Positions 8,219-17,860 of a stretch of 64,000 bases of DNA are shown piece after piece. The stretch lies in contig QQUE01000007.1 in assembly GCA_008501765.1 (NCBI GenBank), positions 606,186 to 670,185 on the forward strand, in the 5' to 3' direction. Numbering within the stretch: position 1 is the first letter of the stretch; each line of letters opens with the position of its first letter. A program made the position numbers and the translations under genes. Under the pieces are notes generated by a model. That model was not told where the DNA came from, ran no database searches, and worked only from the letters and a program-made list of their open reading frames with translations. The stretch is from Calditrichota bacterium. GTDB taxonomy: Bacteria; Zhuqueibacterota; Zhuqueibacteria; Zhuqueibacterales; Geothermadaptataceae.

Positions 8219-11176
8219 TTATTCTACTGGATATAATTTATTTTGTAAAAGATTTGAGATCGCCGGTAAAATAATGAGTGTTGAAAAACCGGAAATCAAC
8301 ATAATTGCGAAAAAGAACGCACCAACAGTCAAGTATGGAACGAGATCAGCAAAGAATAGCGGTACAAATCCGATAGCAATGGCGATAGTATTCTGCAACA
8401 TGGCCGTTGCCGGTTCGCCAAAAACCAGGCCAATTGTCGTTTTAAAATCCCGGGTGGATTTGTGGAGCAGCCGCGACCGTTCGATATAATGAATACCAAA
8501 ATCGATGGACAGCCCCAGCGTCAGCGATGAAAGCACAGCGATTGGCATATCGTAAGGCTTGCCAAAAAAGCCTATCATGGCATAAATAAGAGCAATCGTC
8601 AAAGTAATAGGAATCATTGCGATCAAACCCCAGCGCAATGAACGGAAAAGCATTGTAACCATCAGAAATACTGTAATATAGGCACCGATGAGTGAATTGG
8701 CCATACCACCAACCATTTTCTGCTGCCATACAGTATTGATGTAATTGAGGCCAGCCCAATCGATTTCAATACCAAGTGGTGGTTCATTTTCAGCTATAAA
8801 ATTATTTACCCGGGCCACTACTTCTTCCATGGCTTTATTATCGCCGGTACTCAATTGCAACCACAAATGGGCAGCATCATAATCACGGGTTATAAATTTA
8901 TGTAAATCGTCCGGCGATTCGCCGCCTTTGGCAAGAAAAATATATTGTCCGGTTTCAGATTTTGTCAGCGGCAATCTGAAATATTCGTCATCACGATTGC
9001 GCAATTCCCATGAAACTTTGCGCAGAATATCTAAAATTGAAGCGATTGAGCCAACTGTTGTTGTATCGCCCAGGGTTGCCTTTTCAACGATTTGCATATA
9101 GTTTAACAACTCGGGTGATTTAAAAGGCTCGTGTGCATCGGCCAGCTTGATGGGGCGTTGTTTTAAGTTGGCAAGTGCCTCGTTAAACATGATCGCCATA
9201 ACGACATCTTCTGAAATTTCAACATACCATGAAATATCATTCTGCTTGTCCTGTCCAAACAATATCTGATTTTCAGCATCAAAATACAACCTTCTCATGT
9301 TTGAATCCTGGAGAATCTCGGATAAATCTGCATATTCAATTTCGTCATAAGTTTCGAAAATAGCATCGGAGGCCGCACGGCGAACCAGGGTAATTTTTTG
9401 TTTCTGCAGTTCTTTCTGAAAATCACCCATAAAAGTATCTGACAATTCTTCCGAGGCTTCAATCATCGCCAAATATTCGGTGCCATTGACCAATTCACCC
9501 CAAATCAGCCCATCCGGCCGGTGATAAAACGCTGTATTTATTTCATTTTTCTCGGCCAATTGCATAAGCTCTGCAAAAGTGATAGCGCCCTCTGTCAATT
9601 CCGGAGCCTGGCTTGTGAATGTAAAAACGATGTTTGCCATGTAAGTTCCGGAAACGTGCTCATTCATCAATTCATCAGCATGGCGCAAAGGATGGCCGGG
9701 CTTAAACCATTTTACCGGATTATCATTGATTTCAATTTGTGAAATTCCAATTACCGAAACTATGAAAAGTATGACGGTCACCACGATGACAGACTTGCTG
9801 TAGTTTTGTGAAATTTTCTGTAAAACACGGCCTATTTTACCCAACAGATGATGTTCGCTGTCTTCCGCATGGCCAAAATCTTCAAATGTTTTTTCACCAA
9901 CTAAAACGAGATATGCCGGTAAAAAAGTAACAGAAAGCAACCACGACAAAGCCACACCGATTGCGACAAATATACCAAATATTTGAACTGGAGGAATAAA
10001 CGTTAGAATGAGTGATACAAATCCGACAACTGTTGTGATGGAAGTAAATAATATCGGAACAAAAAGTGACTCATAAGTCATGAGAATCGTTGCTTCAAGG
10101 CCGGCGCCTTCAGCATAGCGTTTATGGATTGAGGAAATAACATGAATCGAGTTTAAAACCGCAATCGGGAAGAGAAAAATTGGTATCATCGAGCTCATGA
10201 TATGGACTGTATAGCCGGCGCCAATAAGCAGAGCCATCGTCCAACTGATAGCTAAAATTGCCAAAACCATAGGCGCGATAATGACTTTTACGCGCCGGAA
10301 AAAAACAAAAAGCAGGATAAATATAACCAGTCCGGCCAGAGGCGCTGAAACACCCATTTGCTCAAACATATATTTGCCAAATGTATCCTGTGCCACAGGA
10401 ATACCGGCGACAATATATTCGCCCTGCTGCGCTTCCTCTGTGCCGAAAAACGGCATGCCATCTACCTGAATATCTGTGAGGTATTTTTCAGCCAGAATAT
10501 TCATCACTTGTGATAAATCATAAGAGATTTTTTTGCTGTTTACCGGAACGTAAATTCCAACAACCTTGCCGTCTGTTGAGGCTATTTTATTGTTAAGTAG
10601 TGGATTTAAGTCAATACGCCTTTTGATGTCCATGGCGCCTTCGTGTGTCGTCGGAGCTTCAGACATCAAGGTTTTGATGACAAGTTCACCGGTTTCACCG
10701 TTGATATCCTCGATCTGATTTAAAGCCATCATGTCTTCGAAAATTATTCCGTGACGAATAACTGTTTCAGTCTCATTATTATCATCGAGTACTTCAAATT
10801 CTGAAGATAGATCAACAAAAAAAGTATCGCCCTTGGCATCAATCACATAGCTATTGTCTTTAAGCGCAAGTATTTCGTTGGTTATATCATTGACAGCTTG
10901 CAGAATTTCAGGGGTAAAAACACCATTTTCGCCGGGATGATAAATTCCCATGGCCACCATATCGAAAAGTGCAAACTTGTCTTTGGTCATTTTATGAAAA
11001 ACGCGTACGTGCTCTTTTTTGTCGAGCATGTTTTCGGCGTCAGTATCTATAATTCCCGATGGATTTGTGATAATTCTGTTTCCAACGAGCATGCCTGTTA
11101 AAAGTGTAAATAAAATAATAAGTGCAATGACAAGCTTTGGTTTTTGCATTGCAAATTTGATTAAAAATGTTTTCAT
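8219..11176 (-). CDS. RND-superfamily / MMPL-type exporter
   Basis: About 985 aa with two six-TM bundles separated by large periplasmic loops (sterol-sensing-like topology). The ATG at 11176 is preceded by GGAG, so the TTG at 11188 in the ORF track is less likely. Confidence 0.85.
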   Translation of the reverse strand: MKTFLIKFAMQKPKLVIALIILFTLLTGMLVGNRIITNPSGIIDTDAENMLDKKEHVRVFHKMTKDKFALFDMVAMGIYHPGENGVFTPEILQAVNDITNEILALKDNSYVIDAKGDTFFVDLSSEFEVLDDNNETETVIRHGIIFEDMMALNQIEDINGETGELVIKTLMSEAPTTHEGAMDIKRRIDLNPLLNNKIASTDGKVVGIYVPVNSKKISYDLSQVMNILAEKYLTDIQVDGMPFFGTEEAQQGEYIVAGIPVAQDTFGKYMFEQMGVSAPLAGLVIFILLFVFFRRVKVIIAPMVLAILAISWTMALLIGAGYTVHIMSSMIPIFLFPIAVLNSIHVISSIHKRYAEGAGLEATILMTYESLFVPILFTSITTVVGFVSLILTFIPPVQIFGIFVAIGVALSWLLSVTFLPAYLVLVGEKTFEDFGHAEDSEHHLLGKIGRVLQKISQNYSKSVIVVTVILFIVSVIGISQIEINDNPVKWFKPGHPLRHADELMNEHVSGTYMANIVFTFTSQAPELTEGAITFAELMQLAEKNEINTAFYHRPDGLIWGELVNGTEYLAMIEASEELSDTFMGDFQKELQKQKITLVRRAASDAIFETYDEIEYADLSEILQDSNMRRLYFDAENQILFGQDKQNDISWYVEISEDVVMAIMFNEALANLKQRPIKLADAHEPFKSPELLNYMQIVEKATLGDTTTVGSIASILDILRKVSWELRNRDDEYFRLPLTKSETGQYIFLAKGGESPDDLHKFITRDYDAAHLWLQLSTGDNKAMEEVVARVNNFIAENEPPLGIEIDWAGLNYINTVWQQKMVGGMANSLIGAYITVFLMVTMLFRSLRWGLIAMIPITLTIALIYAMIGFFGKPYDMPIAVLSSLTLGLSIDFGIHYIERSRLLHKSTRDFKTTIGLVFGEPATAMLQNTIAIAIGFVPLFFADLVPYLTVGAFFFAIMLISGFSTLIILPAISNLLQNKLYPVE

Positions 11177-11221
11177 GAAAGTCTCCAAGATTATTAAAAC
11201 ACAACTATATTACTTGATGGG

Positions 11222-11235
11222 AATATAATTATATT
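11222..11235. promoter_or_regulatory. Perfect 14-bp palindrome in the divergent RND/ArsR promoter region (candidate ArsR operator)
   Basis: 'AATATAATTATATT' is its own reverse complement. It sits between the divergent starts at 11176 and 11331. 'tatattacttg' is repeated directly at 11207 and 11230. Confidence 0.25.
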
Positions 11236-11330
11236 ACTTGCTTCTGTCAAGTTTTTTTTTATCTTTTATAGATAAATAAAAAACAACTTCCTTTTAAAAT
11301 ACTGAATAATTGCAACTTAAAGGAGTTAAA

Positions 11331-11693
11331 ATGGATTATACAAACGATGCATTACTTGAATTAATTTCAAACAGATTTAAAATTTTGTCGGATGCAAATC
11401 GTCTAAAAGTCTTGAGTTGTCTAAGAAATGGTGAAAAAAATGTAACCCAGATTATCGAAGAGACAGGTTTAAAACAGGCGAATGTTTCAAAGATATTAAT
11501 CGCAATGGCCCAGATAAATATTGTTGCACGTCGCAAGGATGGGAATAGTGTTTTTTACCATATCGTCGATGACTCAATTTTCGAACTCTGCTCATTGATG
11601 TGCTCAAAGCTACAGGAAAATATGGTTGGATTTTCTAAATTGGCCAAAATTAAAAATCCATTTGAACACTCTAATAAAGAAAAGAAGCAGTAA
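11331..11693 (+). CDS. ArsR/SmtB family transcriptional regulator (HlyU/BigR-like cysteine pattern)
   Basis: Winged-HTH 'ANRLKVLSCLRNGEKNVTQIIEETGLKQANVSKIL...'. ATG at 11331 is preceded by AAGGAG. It lacks the metal-site 'ELCVCD' motif but has Cys in helix 2 and C-terminal 'ELCSLMC'. Confidence 0.85.
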   Translation: MDYTNDALLELISNRFKILSDANRLKVLSCLRNGEKNVTQIIEETGLKQANVSKILIAMAQINIVARRKDGNSVFYHIVDDSIFELCSLMCSKLQENMVGFSKLAKIKNPFEHSNKEKKQ

Positions 11694-12286
11694 AACGCAA
11701 GAGATTTCGTCGAATTACTCAATCCCTTTGGAGCTGATTTTTAGCGCGAATAAATTAAACTTAATTACTTCATTTATATTTATTACGAACAGTCATTCAC
11801 CAGTTGAAATCTAAAGAATTTGAGATTTAGTTGAAATGGAATACACACTTAATTGCCAAAAATTGTATCTGGACAAAAGAGTAAGCAATCACTTTAGAAA
11901 GCAGAAATTTTGCTTACAAGTTTTTCAGTTCTTTTGCATTTAAACTAAATTTCTTGGAATGGCACTAAGGAACAATGAAGGATTGGTGCTGAAAAGTAGT
12001 TATAAACAGAGGTACAATAGATAAAAGAATCAAGAGGCAGCCAAGCTAATCCGCAATCGTAGTCGTAATCATATCCGAAATCATTATCTAAAAATAGACT
12101 GAGACCACTCACATCTATCTGAAATTCAATTTCATGTCGTTTCCGGTATCAAGTTCGGCTCCAGTATCTGTATCGCATCCATAGTCGAAAAGTCAGTATC
12201 GTCTGCCGGCTGCATCTTGAAGTTGTTCTAATTTTCGGCAGAATTTCCAATACCTTTTGTGAAGTTACACTAACACATTCCGGTTT

Positions 12287-13150
12287 TTAATCTTCACTGT
12301 CGTTTCCAGGCTCACCCGCCTGCAAGCGGGCTGTTTTTGCCGGCTGAATGGGTTTAACACCGTACTCAACCCGGCGGGCAAAAATTAGAAAAGCCGTATG
12401 CCCTACCATTCTTTGACTGGGCCGCACACTGATGTTGTCCACTTTCCATTCCCGTTCGAGTGCTTCAATTATCTGAATCTGGCTAAAACAGCGCAAATAA
12501 TTCATCGTGTCAACGCAGGTTTTTACTTGCAGAATAGTCGGAATGTAGCAACAGACGAGCGCACCGGGGCGCAGGTGGGGTGTGATGTTTTCCAGTGCTT
12601 TCCACGGTTCCGGCAAATCGAGAACCAGCCGATCGGTATCCGCATCTTCGAAATTTTCGTAAATATCCAGATTTTTGATCATATGATTTTCAGGGAGACC
12701 GCCGAAGAAATTATTCATATTTTTAGTCGCATTATTTATAAAATCCTCCCGAATTTCATAACTGACGACCATCCCCTTTTCACCGACAGCACGCAACAAT
12801 CCTGAAGTCAGAGCCCCGGAACCAAGGCCCGCTTCCACAACTTTCGCCCCCGGAAATATATCTGTATAAGCAATAATCAACCCGATATCTTTCGGATATA
12901 CGACCTGCGCGCCGCGCGGCATATACAGAACCTGCTCCGTGAGTGTCGCCCGAAAGACGCGTACCGGCTTGTTACGCTGAGAAAACAGAACAGCGCCTTC
13001 TTTCTTGCCGATCACTTCATCGTGGGAGATAAAATCGCCGCGAATATTCTGAATTTTATCAACTTCAAGCACGGCATAAAATGACCGTTCTTTTTTATCG
13101 AGAAAAATAACCGGATTGCCTGCTGCAAATAACTTACTTTTTTCTGCCAT
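12287..13150 (-). CDS. trmI: tRNA (adenine-N1)-methyltransferase (m1A58, TrmI/Gcd14 family)
   Basis: SAM-binding 'VVEAGLGSGALTSGLLRAVG' and 'LDLPEPW' motifs. The start ATG overlaps the thiI stop (TGATG). Confidence 0.8.
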   Translation of the reverse strand: MAEKSKLFAAGNPVIFLDKKERSFYAVLEVDKIQNIRGDFISHDEVIGKKEGAVLFSQRNKPVRVFRATLTEQVLYMPRGAQVVYPKDIGLIIAYTDIFPGAKVVEAGLGSGALTSGLLRAVGEKGMVVSYEIREDFINNATKNMNNFFGGLPENHMIKNLDIYENFEDADTDRLVLDLPEPWKALENITPHLRPGALVCCYIPTILQVKTCVDTMNYLRCFSQIQIIEALEREWKVDNISVRPSQRMVGHTAFLIFARRVEYGVKPIQPAKTARLQAGEPGNDSED

Positions 13151-14325
13151 CACTTTGTATTTTCAAATTTAAATGATTTCTCTTCCATATTCTCCAGAGC
13201 CTGCGCATAAAAAGGTTCAAGATCAAGTTTTGCAGCAAGCTCGTGCACAACAGGCAATTTCGCCCGCGTCTCGGGATTTTCCGGGACAAAAAGCGTGCAG
13301 CAATCTTCGTAGGGTTCGATAGAAGTTTCGTATGTTCCAATTATCCGCGCTTCAGCTATAATTTCTTTTTTATCAAAAGAACTGAGAGGCCGGAAAATCG
13401 GCAGCGAAACGTCTTCCGCGATTGCCCGAATATTGGGCAAAGTTTGCGATGCAACCTGGGCCACATTTTCACCTGAAACAAGGGCGTTGCAATGGCTCAA
13501 ATCCGCGATCTTTTCTGCCAGGGCGTACATTGCCCGGCGGTACATAATGACCCGGTACGGCCCGGGAACGATGCTGGTAATGTGTTGCTGAATTTCCAGA
13601 AATGGAATCGTATACAAAGTGCTGTTAAATTGATATTTTGTCAGAATTTCCACCAGTTTTTCAGCGTTCTTTTTTGAAGCCGTGCTGGTATAAGGGGCGC
13701 TGTGAAAATGAACAAAAACCATGCGAACACCCCGCTTCATCATTCGGAAGCCTGCGACGGGCGAATCGATTCCCGAAGAAAGAAGCAAAACAGCTCGTGA
13801 ACTCACACCGACCGGGAGTCCGCCCTGCCCTTCCACACGGTGGGCAAAAACCAAAGCCACGTCATCGAAAATCTCGATAAATACAGTAAAATCAGGATTT
13901 TTAAGGTCAACACCTGCTTTGGTTTTTTCCCAAATGAGATCAGCCACATGAATATTGACCTCAACTGAATTCATGTGAAAATGTTTGTTGGCGCGGCGTG
14001 TGGCCACTTTGTATGTTTCGAAACTGTGCCCTTCGATCGAGGCTAAAGCAGCTGCAGCAATATCATCGATTTCCTGATCGACGATGCAACCGGGCGCGAA
14101 ATAAGCGATACCAAAGACCGTTTTCAACGCTGCAATTACGCCATCGACATCTGTGCGGGAGGTTATCATCAACAATATCCGGCCCCAGCGGCGGTCCACT
14201 TCCACAGGGCCACAGCCCTTGGTCGCTGATTTGATATTTTTAACCAGCTTTTTTTCGAAATACGGCCGATTGCCGCGTTTCAACGCAACTTCAGCGTAAT
14301 GGATTATAAAACAATTATACTGCAT
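13150..14325 (-). CDS. thiI: tRNA 4-thiouridine synthase
   Basis: 391-aa ORF with an N-terminal ferredoxin-like/THUMP region and the PP-loop 'LLLSSGIDSPVAG'. No rhodanese domain. Confidence 0.85.
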   Translation of the reverse strand: MQYNCFIIHYAEVALKRGNRPYFEKKLVKNIKSATKGCGPVEVDRRWGRILLMITSRTDVDGVIAALKTVFGIAYFAPGCIVDQEIDDIAAAALASIEGHSFETYKVATRRANKHFHMNSVEVNIHVADLIWEKTKAGVDLKNPDFTVFIEIFDDVALVFAHRVEGQGGLPVGVSSRAVLLLSSGIDSPVAGFRMMKRGVRMVFVHFHSAPYTSTASKKNAEKLVEILTKYQFNSTLYTIPFLEIQQHITSIVPGPYRVIMYRRAMYALAEKIADLSHCNALVSGENVAQVASQTLPNIRAIAEDVSLPIFRPLSSFDKKEIIAEARIIGTYETSIEPYEDCCTLFVPENPETRAKLPVVHELAAKLDLEPFYAQALENMEEKSFKFENTK

Positions 14326-14437
14326 TTATTTGAGCCTGTATTGAAAAAATTAAAAGATATTTGTATTCTGATTTAAACTTAAAGCTCTGTTTTTAAGAGA
14401 CCCAAAGAATAATTAAACAAGAGGAGAAAAGCAAGAT

Positions 14438-17365
14438 TTAAGCACTTTCATTTTCCAGGAATTCAATGAAAATTTCGACGGGATGTTTGGGAATTCTGTC
14501 TGTTCCGTGTTTTATTTGCTGGCGGCAACTGAAACCCGGCACCGCAATTGAGACATTCTTTTCCGCTGCGCGCACCGCCGGAAACAGCCTTCGCTCCCCC
14601 ATCGCCATGGAAATCTCGTAATGTTCTTTTTCATAGCCAAAGGAACCCGCCAAACCACAGCAGGCCGAATCTATTTCTGTGCAATGACTGCCGGGAATCA
14701 AATCAAAAAAAGCATGCGTTGCCGATGTACCTGCAATTGCTTTTTGGTGGCAGTGTCCGTGCAACAATATCTCAACTTTTGAGTTTTTCATCTTGTTCCG
14801 CAATTGGTCCAAATCCGCAAATTGCAGAATAAATTCTTCAATTAAATAGGCATTCGAAGCGATTTTCTCCACCCGCGGATCATCCGGTAAAATATCTTTG
14901 TATTCATCACGCAAAGTCAAAAGGCAACTCGGTTCTACGCCAACGATCGGGATGTCCTGTTCAGAAAATTCATGCAAGCGATCGACGGTATTTTGCGCCA
15001 TTTTTTTGGCACGTTTAAACAATCCTTTTGAAATCATCGAGCGGCCGCAGCAGCCGTGATTTGTCAAAATAACTTCAAATCCGGCGATTACCAATAATTT
15101 GGTTGCAGCAATCAAAACGTCTGGTTGCGAGCAGGAATTGAAAGTATCGTGGAATAACGCCACTTTGTTTTTTGTCGTGCCTGGCATCGATTTTCGGTTT
15201 TTCTCAAACCACGCGACAAATGGCCGAGTTGTGAATTGCATTAATTTCCGTTGCGAAGTGATGCCCAAAAACTTTGACATGAGACCACGAACAATTACAG
15301 AGTTTAGAATTGGATTTACCAATCTCGCTGCTGCACCTGAGCAAAAATGGCTTATCAGGGAAATTTCAGCGAAAAGACGCGAGCGCAAAGGCACTCCATG
15401 TTTGGCCTGGTACTGCGTTAAAAATTCAAATTTCAGCTTGGCCATATCCACTTTTGAAGGGCATTCCGACTTGCAGGCTTTGCATTCGACGCATAAATCG
15501 AGTGTGTCGTACACTTCTTTGTCCGTCAGATTGAGGGAAGATATTTCGGTGGAAAGGGCAGCTCGCAAGACATTGGCGCGGCCGCGTGTGCTGTGCTTTT
15601 CATCGCGCGTCACCATGTAACTGGGGCACATCGAGCCGGTATTTTTTTTATTGCAAACCGCGGCGCCGGTGCACATTTCCACTGCCGCAGCAAATCCTTG
15701 TTCATTTTGAAAACTATAATTTGTCGCAACTTTCTCTGTGCGGTAATTTTCGCCGTAACGCACGTTCTCGTCGATTTTTTGCGGCGTGGTGATCACGCCC
15801 GGATTCATAAGATTTTCCGGGTCGAAGGCCGATTTTACCCGGCCGAACAAATGATACAGTTCCTTCCCAAAAACGACTTTATTAAGCCAACTGCGGCTGC
15901 GCCCGGCACCGTGTTCGCTTGAAATTACACCGCCCGTTTTCAGCGCCAATTCAGCAGAAAATGCAGCCAGTTCCTTCATAAATCCAATGTCTTTTTTTTC
16001 TTTTAGATTTAAAAACGGCCGGATGTGCAAACAGCCTGCACTGGCATGGGCATAATAAGCCAGATCAACCTGACTCTGCTGGCAAAACTTTTCGATCGCA
16101 CGCACGTAATCTGGCAATTCCCGCACCGGCACCGCGGCATCTTCGATAAACGGAACCGGCTTGTATTCCCCGCGCCGGCTTGCCAGCAATCCGAGTCCGG
16201 CTTTGCGCACAGCCCAGACATTCTGCTGTTGTTCGGTCGAAATAGCCTCGCTGAATGCACATTTAACATGATTTTTCTGCAAATGCCTGCTTAAATGTGC
16301 CAGCTTCGACTTGAGTTCCGCCGGGCTCGATCCTGAGACCTCGGCGATCAAAAGGCAATTAGGATTCCCGGAGACAAAGGTTTTCAGCATTTGAGCATAG
16401 TGCGGCACCGTCTTCGCCAGCGCAAGACACCAACCGTCAAAAAGCTCAACCGCATCCGGGTTGGTTTGCATTACCACTTCCGTTGCCTGCAAGGCAGCCA
16501 TGTGATCGAAAAAATGCAATACCGCTAATGCCGTATATGCCGGAACCGGCACCAGACCACATTTAATTTCAGTCATTACGGCAAGCGAACCTTCGGAGCC
16601 ACAAAGGAGATTGCTCAGATTAAAATCAGCCTGCCTTCTGTGCAGAAAAGCCGGGCCCTCGACAAATCGATCGAGATTGTATGCACCGGCTCGACGCCAA
16701 TGTTTCGGTGTATTTTCACGGATAATCGTTTCACCGTCTGAAATAATCTGCGAAATTTGACGATAAATCTCGCCTTCCATTGAGTTTATATTTTTCTTGA
16801 AATCCAACTGCTGCGAAGAAAGCGCTGAAAAATGAGCCTGCGATCCATCGCTGAGAATGCACTCTGTCTCCTGAATATGATCGGCACTCATGCCATAGAG
16901 AATCGAATGACTTCCTGTGGCATTATTGCCGATAACACCGCCCATGGTAGCGCGGTTTGCGCTGGCGGGATCGGGACCAAATTTTAGGGCAAGCGGCCGC
17001 AATTCGGAATTGAGTTCTTCGAGAACAACGCCTGGCTGCACCCGCACGTATTTTTCTTCTTTGTTAATTTCAACTATGTGGTCCAAATGCCGGGTGGTGT
17101 CAATAATCAGCGCTTCATTGACTGCCTGTCCGGCGAGAGATGTTCCGGCACCACGCGGTAAAATGGGAATTTTGTATTCAGCGGCCACGGTCACCGCAGC
17201 CTGAATGTCTTCTACAGATTTTGGGATAAAAACACCAATTGGAGGAATCGAATAAATACTCGCATCTGTGCTGTAAAGAATCAGGCTGAGCTGATCATTT
17301 AAAATGTCACCAGAGGTCGCTTTTGTCAGAGCGTGGAAAAAATCAGGCAATGATGTTTTATTCAT
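14438..17365 (-). CDS. FAD-binding and (Fe-S)-binding fusion oxidoreductase (YdiJ/GlcD-GlcF-like)
   Basis: 975-aa ORF with an N-terminal FAD-linked oxidase ('PRGAGTSLAGQAV'), a central 2x[4Fe-4S] region ('CVECKACKSECP'), and C-terminal cysteine-rich CCG-type repeats ('GCCG', 'ACCGLAGSFG'). Confidence 0.85.
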   Translation of the reverse strand: MNKTSLPDFFHALTKATSGDILNDQLSLILYSTDASIYSIPPIGVFIPKSVEDIQAAVTVAAEYKIPILPRGAGTSLAGQAVNEALIIDTTRHLDHIVEINKEEKYVRVQPGVVLEELNSELRPLALKFGPDPASANRATMGGVIGNNATGSHSILYGMSADHIQETECILSDGSQAHFSALSSQQLDFKKNINSMEGEIYRQISQIISDGETIIRENTPKHWRRAGAYNLDRFVEGPAFLHRRQADFNLSNLLCGSEGSLAVMTEIKCGLVPVPAYTALAVLHFFDHMAALQATEVVMQTNPDAVELFDGWCLALAKTVPHYAQMLKTFVSGNPNCLLIAEVSGSSPAELKSKLAHLSRHLQKNHVKCAFSEAISTEQQQNVWAVRKAGLGLLASRRGEYKPVPFIEDAAVPVRELPDYVRAIEKFCQQSQVDLAYYAHASAGCLHIRPFLNLKEKKDIGFMKELAAFSAELALKTGGVISSEHGAGRSRSWLNKVVFGKELYHLFGRVKSAFDPENLMNPGVITTPQKIDENVRYGENYRTEKVATNYSFQNEQGFAAAVEMCTGAAVCNKKNTGSMCPSYMVTRDEKHSTRGRANVLRAALSTEISSLNLTDKEVYDTLDLCVECKACKSECPSKVDMAKLKFEFLTQYQAKHGVPLRSRLFAEISLISHFCSGAAARLVNPILNSVIVRGLMSKFLGITSQRKLMQFTTRPFVAWFEKNRKSMPGTTKNKVALFHDTFNSCSQPDVLIAATKLLVIAGFEVILTNHGCCGRSMISKGLFKRAKKMAQNTVDRLHEFSEQDIPIVGVEPSCLLTLRDEYKDILPDDPRVEKIASNAYLIEEFILQFADLDQLRNKMKNSKVEILLHGHCHQKAIAGTSATHAFFDLIPGSHCTEIDSACCGLAGSFGYEKEHYEISMAMGERRLFPAVRAAEKNVSIAVPGFSCRQQIKHGTDRIPKHPVEIFIEFLENESA

Positions 17366-17650
17366 TTTAGCAGGCCGATGATGTCTACAGAGTGATCCAG
17401 AAAATTCAATTTAACACGGCTTGGTATTGATTTTTATGAAGTTAGACACAAAAACCATGAATAGTGCTGGATGTTTTTTTTCAGTTAACCCATGCAATAT
17501 ACGAATATTATTACTGAAGCAGGAATCATTCAGCATCGCTTGAACAGAGAAATAATACTGCTTTATTCAATTTAATCCAATGAAAACTGGTGAGGCAGTT
17601 ATAAGATGGTGGTACAAATAAACCTGACAGGATTCGCGTGCAAACTGAAA

Positions 17651-17683
17651 AAACCTGACAGGATTCAAAATCCTGTCAGGTTT
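17651..17683 (-). terminator. Second, duplicated Rho-independent terminator (distal copy)
   Basis: 'aaacctgacaggatt caa aatcctgtcaggttt' is a perfect 15-bp stem, followed on the minus strand by 6 T. Confidence 0.65.
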
Positions 17684-17781
17684 GCTTGTGTCAATTGCTC
17701 AAATATTCAGGCATAAGTTTGTGATATCCAAAAATCCTGACAGAGTTTTGAAACCGTCAGGATTGCGCGTGCAAACTGAAA

Positions 17782-17814
17782 AAACCTGACAGGATTCGAA
17801 ATCCTGCCAGGTTT
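17782..17814 (-). terminator. Rho-independent terminator of the OmpA-family gene (proximal copy)
   Basis: 'aaacctgacaggatt cga aatcctgccaggttt', followed on the minus strand by 6 T. It lies 47 nt after the stop at 17861. Confidence 0.7.
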
Positions 17815-17860
17815 GCTTGGGTAACTTGCCCAAATATTTAAAAGAGATTTTCGTGTAATA

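Larger units (their letters stand above)
17621..17840. repeat. Tandem duplication (period 131 bp) of an 89-bp module carrying a CCTGACAGG hairpin terminator
   Basis: 17621-17709 and 17752-17840 align almost base for base. A third related hairpin lies between them at 17730-17764. Confidence 0.75.

Noticed and set aside
11800-11845. Possible degenerate CRISPR repeat ('agttgaaat' twice)
   Set aside because: There are only two 9-nt matches 27 nt apart. There is no full-length repeat, no array periodicity and no cas genes in the window.
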